Below, piece after piece: positions 61,826 through 64,000 of a stretch of DNA of 64,000 nt (its first letter is position 1; the number at the start of each line of letters is the position of its first letter). This DNA comes from an uncultured Verrucomicrobiae bacterium (GTDB lineage Bacteria; Verrucomicrobiota; Verrucomicrobiia; Chthoniobacterales; Chthoniobacteraceae). Location of the stretch: assembly GCA_963756185.1 (NCBI GenBank), contig CAVWMS010000001.1, positions 11,038 through 75,037 on the forward strand. Reading direction: 5' to 3'. The translations under genes and the position numbers were made by a program. The notes below the pieces were generated by a model. The model was not told the DNA's origin. It made no database searches and saw nothing but the letters and a program-made list of their open reading frames with translations.

Positions 61826-63646
61826 TCACCTTGGCGCCGTCAGTTGGCGGGCGTGGTCCATGTAGACCGCGCAATCGGGCGTGCCCAGGACGACCTTCAC
61901 CGGGTAGGGGCTCTTGCTCAGGTTCACGGTGCGAACGATGTAAGCCGTCCAATGGCGGTACTCTCCGTTGACCAGGTCGCCGAGCGTATTCTGCGTGCCG
62001 CTGACCGGCGTGAAATAAAGCGCGGCTATCGGGCCGCCGAGCCGCTGGTAATCGCTCAAATCGATCAGCGTCTGCACATCGAACGGCAGCCAGATGCTGC
62101 GGCGGTCCCCGTACCACGCGACCGCCCACGGCATGTCCGAGGCGATGATTTCATTCGGCTGGAACCATTGGTTGAAAAGCCGGATCGCGGGCGGAAAATA
62201 AGGAGGGTATTCGATGGACGAGGTCATCCTGTCCAGCCCCATGCGGCAGAGCAGCGGGATGCCCGTGACCAGGAAGATGACGGTCACCAGCGTCGTGCGC
62301 AGCACGTGATGGGTCCTGCTCCGGTCGCGCCATTGGGGCATGATGAATGCCAGCCCGATGCGCCGGTCCCATTGCACCAGCACGTAGGCCATCCCGTAAC
62401 AAACGAAGAGCGGGACGAAGAGCAGGTAGAATTGGTTCGAGCAGAGCCCGCGCTCCTCCTTCATCCCAAAGATCGCCATGCCGCAAACCGCGGATGCGAA
62501 CATCGCGAACATGAGCCCGCGAAAGACCGCCGTCACCGGCCGGCGAAAGGCGTGCAGCAGGCTCACGAGCGCGAGGGGCGCAACGAAGCTCCAGGCCATG
62601 AATTCGATGAACCGGTCGATCTGCGCCATCAGGTTTACGCGGAAATTCTGGCCGAAATAGTTTCCCGAAACCCCCTGGATATCGACCTCCAGTCTGCGCA
62701 TGTGACCCGACTCCGAGTGAACGATGCCGTCGAGGCCATCCATTCCCGCGATGCCGCGAATGTCGCCGCACACATGGTAATTGCGCACAAGCAACGGCAC
62801 GTAGACAGCGAGGAAAAGCCCGAGCATCAGAAGGCCCCCCAAACCGCGCGGGCGGAAAAAGAAGAACGAAAAGACCAGCACCGGCGCGAAGATGAAAATC
62901 GACAGCGCATGCGTCAGCGCCATGACGCCGAAACCGAGCCCGGCCGCGGCCAGCCATCCCAACTGCTGCTCATTGGAATAGCGGGCGCGCATCGCCCGGA
63001 GGATCGCATAGACGTTCAGGTGGAGCACGAACAGCAGGAACATCTGCGGCAGCCCGGAGATGGCGTAGAGCCACATCGAGTCGCTGATGAGCACCAGCCC
63101 CACGGCGATGCACGCCAGCCGATGGTCAAAGAGTTCGACCGCGATCAGGTAGAGCACCGCCAGCGACGCCAGGAAGAAGAACACACCCATGATGGCGATC
63201 GCTCGGTCTTCGGGAAAAATCGGATGTTCCCGGTCGATCTTCCATCCCTCCTTGATGGGAATTGAGATGGCCGCCGCGTCCAGCAGCGGGGGAATCGGCG
63301 CGTTGTATGTATCCTGCCAGATGGCCGTGCTCACGTCCTTGTTGTGCCGGCGCAGCTCGCCGATCGCCAGCGGGCGGGCAAACTTTGTGGCAAAGCCGTT
63401 GCCGCGGAGGATTTCACGCCCGATCTGCGCCTCGTCCATCGCCTGGGCGATGGGCAGCCCGCGGAAGACGTGGATGAGGTAGTAAGCCCCCAGCCCGACG
63501 GCGACGGCCGCAAAGACGCATCCCCAGATCCATTTCGCCAGCCTGCCCGTGTCGATCGAAGCGACCGTCTGTTGGATTTGTTCTTCGGCAGTGAGCATGA
63601 AATGCGGCGCGCGGCCCGCCCCTGAATCTAAGCCCTTTTCGCGCAC
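61826..63646 (-). CDS. Large polytopic membrane protein, probable GT-C-fold glycosyltransferase (PMT/ArnT-like).
   Basis: 606 aa with more than 10 TM helices, a large C-terminal soluble domain, and an acidic/aromatic loop early in the protein. The assignment rests on architecture only. Confidence 0.5.
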   Translation of the reverse strand: MREKGLDSGAGRAPHFMLTAEEQIQQTVASIDTGRLAKWIWGCVFAAVAVGLGAYYLIHVFRGLPIAQAMDEAQIGREILRGNGFATKFARPLAIGELRRHNKDVSTAIWQDTYNAPIPPLLDAAAISIPIKEGWKIDREHPIFPEDRAIAIMGVFFFLASLAVLYLIAVELFDHRLACIAVGLVLISDSMWLYAISGLPQMFLLFVLHLNVYAILRAMRARYSNEQQLGWLAAAGLGFGVMALTHALSIFIFAPVLVFSFFFFRPRGLGGLLMLGLFLAVYVPLLVRNYHVCGDIRGIAGMDGLDGIVHSESGHMRRLEVDIQGVSGNYFGQNFRVNLMAQIDRFIEFMAWSFVAPLALVSLLHAFRRPVTAVFRGLMFAMFASAVCGMAIFGMKEERGLCSNQFYLLFVPLFVCYGMAYVLVQWDRRIGLAFIMPQWRDRSRTHHVLRTTLVTVIFLVTGIPLLCRMGLDRMTSSIEYPPYFPPAIRLFNQWFQPNEIIASDMPWAVAWYGDRRSIWLPFDVQTLIDLSDYQRLGGPIAALYFTPVSGTQNTLGDLVNGEYRHWTAYIVRTVNLSKSPYPVKVVLGTPDCAVYMDHARQLTAPR

Positions 63647-63757
63647 CTAGAAGGATTTTGTGAAATCCGCGAATTCATACAGATTGGCGCGGTTTTCGAG
63701 GAGGTTTCCCCGCCTTGCAACCGGTTGTTTCATCTACTAGATTCATCATTCCGCATT

Positions 63758-64000
63758 ATGTCAAAAACAGCAGTCACGATCTACGACACGACGCTCCGGG
63801 ATGGCACCCAGGGCACCGGCATTTCGTTTTCCGTGCTGGATAAGATTCGCGTCGCGGAAAAGCTCGATGCCTTTGGCGTGCATTACATCGAGGGGGGCTG
63901 GCCGGGGTCGAACCCGAAGGACATTGCCTTTTTCCAGGAGGCGGCCCGGCGCACGTGGAAGACCGCGCGGATCACCGCATTTGGCATGACCCGGCGCGGA
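63758..64000 (+). CDS. Citramalate / 2-isopropylmalate synthase family (LeuA/CimA). Partial, continues past the window end.
   Basis: [26 protein letters not shown]...[16 protein letters not shown]. Confidence 0.7.
   Translation, partial: MSKTAVTIYDTTLRDGTQGTGISFSVLDKIRVAEKLDAFGVHYIEGGWPGSNPKDIAFFQEAARRTWKTARITAFGMTRRG

Noticed and set aside
60002-63265. 564-aa minus-strand ORF and 473-aa plus-strand ORF.
   Set aside because: They are antisense to murJ and to the GT-C membrane protein. Both are Arg/His/Pro/Gln-rich artefacts.

Overview
High-GC (about 65%) bacterial chromosomal segment; the lineage cannot be assigned from the sequence alone. Most of it is core metabolism: pgi, guaB, sdhCAB, livKHMGF, uvrD-like helicase, ftsK, rimO, murJ, truA, ruvX, manC and a partial LeuA/CimA-family synthase. 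Accessory features are interspersed:

- **Secreted proteins (start of window):** a partial secreted protein, a bacterial serpin and a beta-barrel OMP carrying a (PTGS)4 repeat.
- **Toxin-antitoxin genes:** a VapBC pair plus a second small-protein pair.
- **Integrative element remnant:** about 2.5 kb, bounded by a 27-bp direct repeat of the 3' end of tRNA-Gln(CTG) and carrying a tyrosine integrase and an RHH gene.
- **Frameshifted nitrogen-regulation genes:** a kinase, a sigma-54 NtrC-type regulator and glnD together carry 8 or more frameshifts. The flanking genes are intact.
- **Cysteine-rich protein operon (most unusual locus):** a lower-GC, six-gene plus-strand operon at 16961..23570. It encodes a signal-peptide-less S8 subtilase, two unknown proteins and three large paralogous proteins with Stig1-like repeats. 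These three lack Sec signals but share an N-terminal PQFTAE motif. A 7-copy 10-bp tandem repeat and a CCATATGG double palindrome sit upstream.
- **ATPase/motor operon (minus strand):** couples a PilB/GspE-like ATPase and a GspE_N/TPR protein to a proline-rich roadblock-like protein, an ExbB-ExbD-TonB-like motor and a Zn-ribbon membrane protein.
- **Other accessory features:** a four-helix-bundle (23S IVS protein-like) gene bracketed by inverted repeats inside the liv operon; two long hairpins (27-34 bp stems); hexamer and heptamer tandem repeats; a low-GC Sel1-repeat islet; an orphan HicB-like gene.

Many long ORFs in the six-frame track are high-GC antisense artefacts and were not called.
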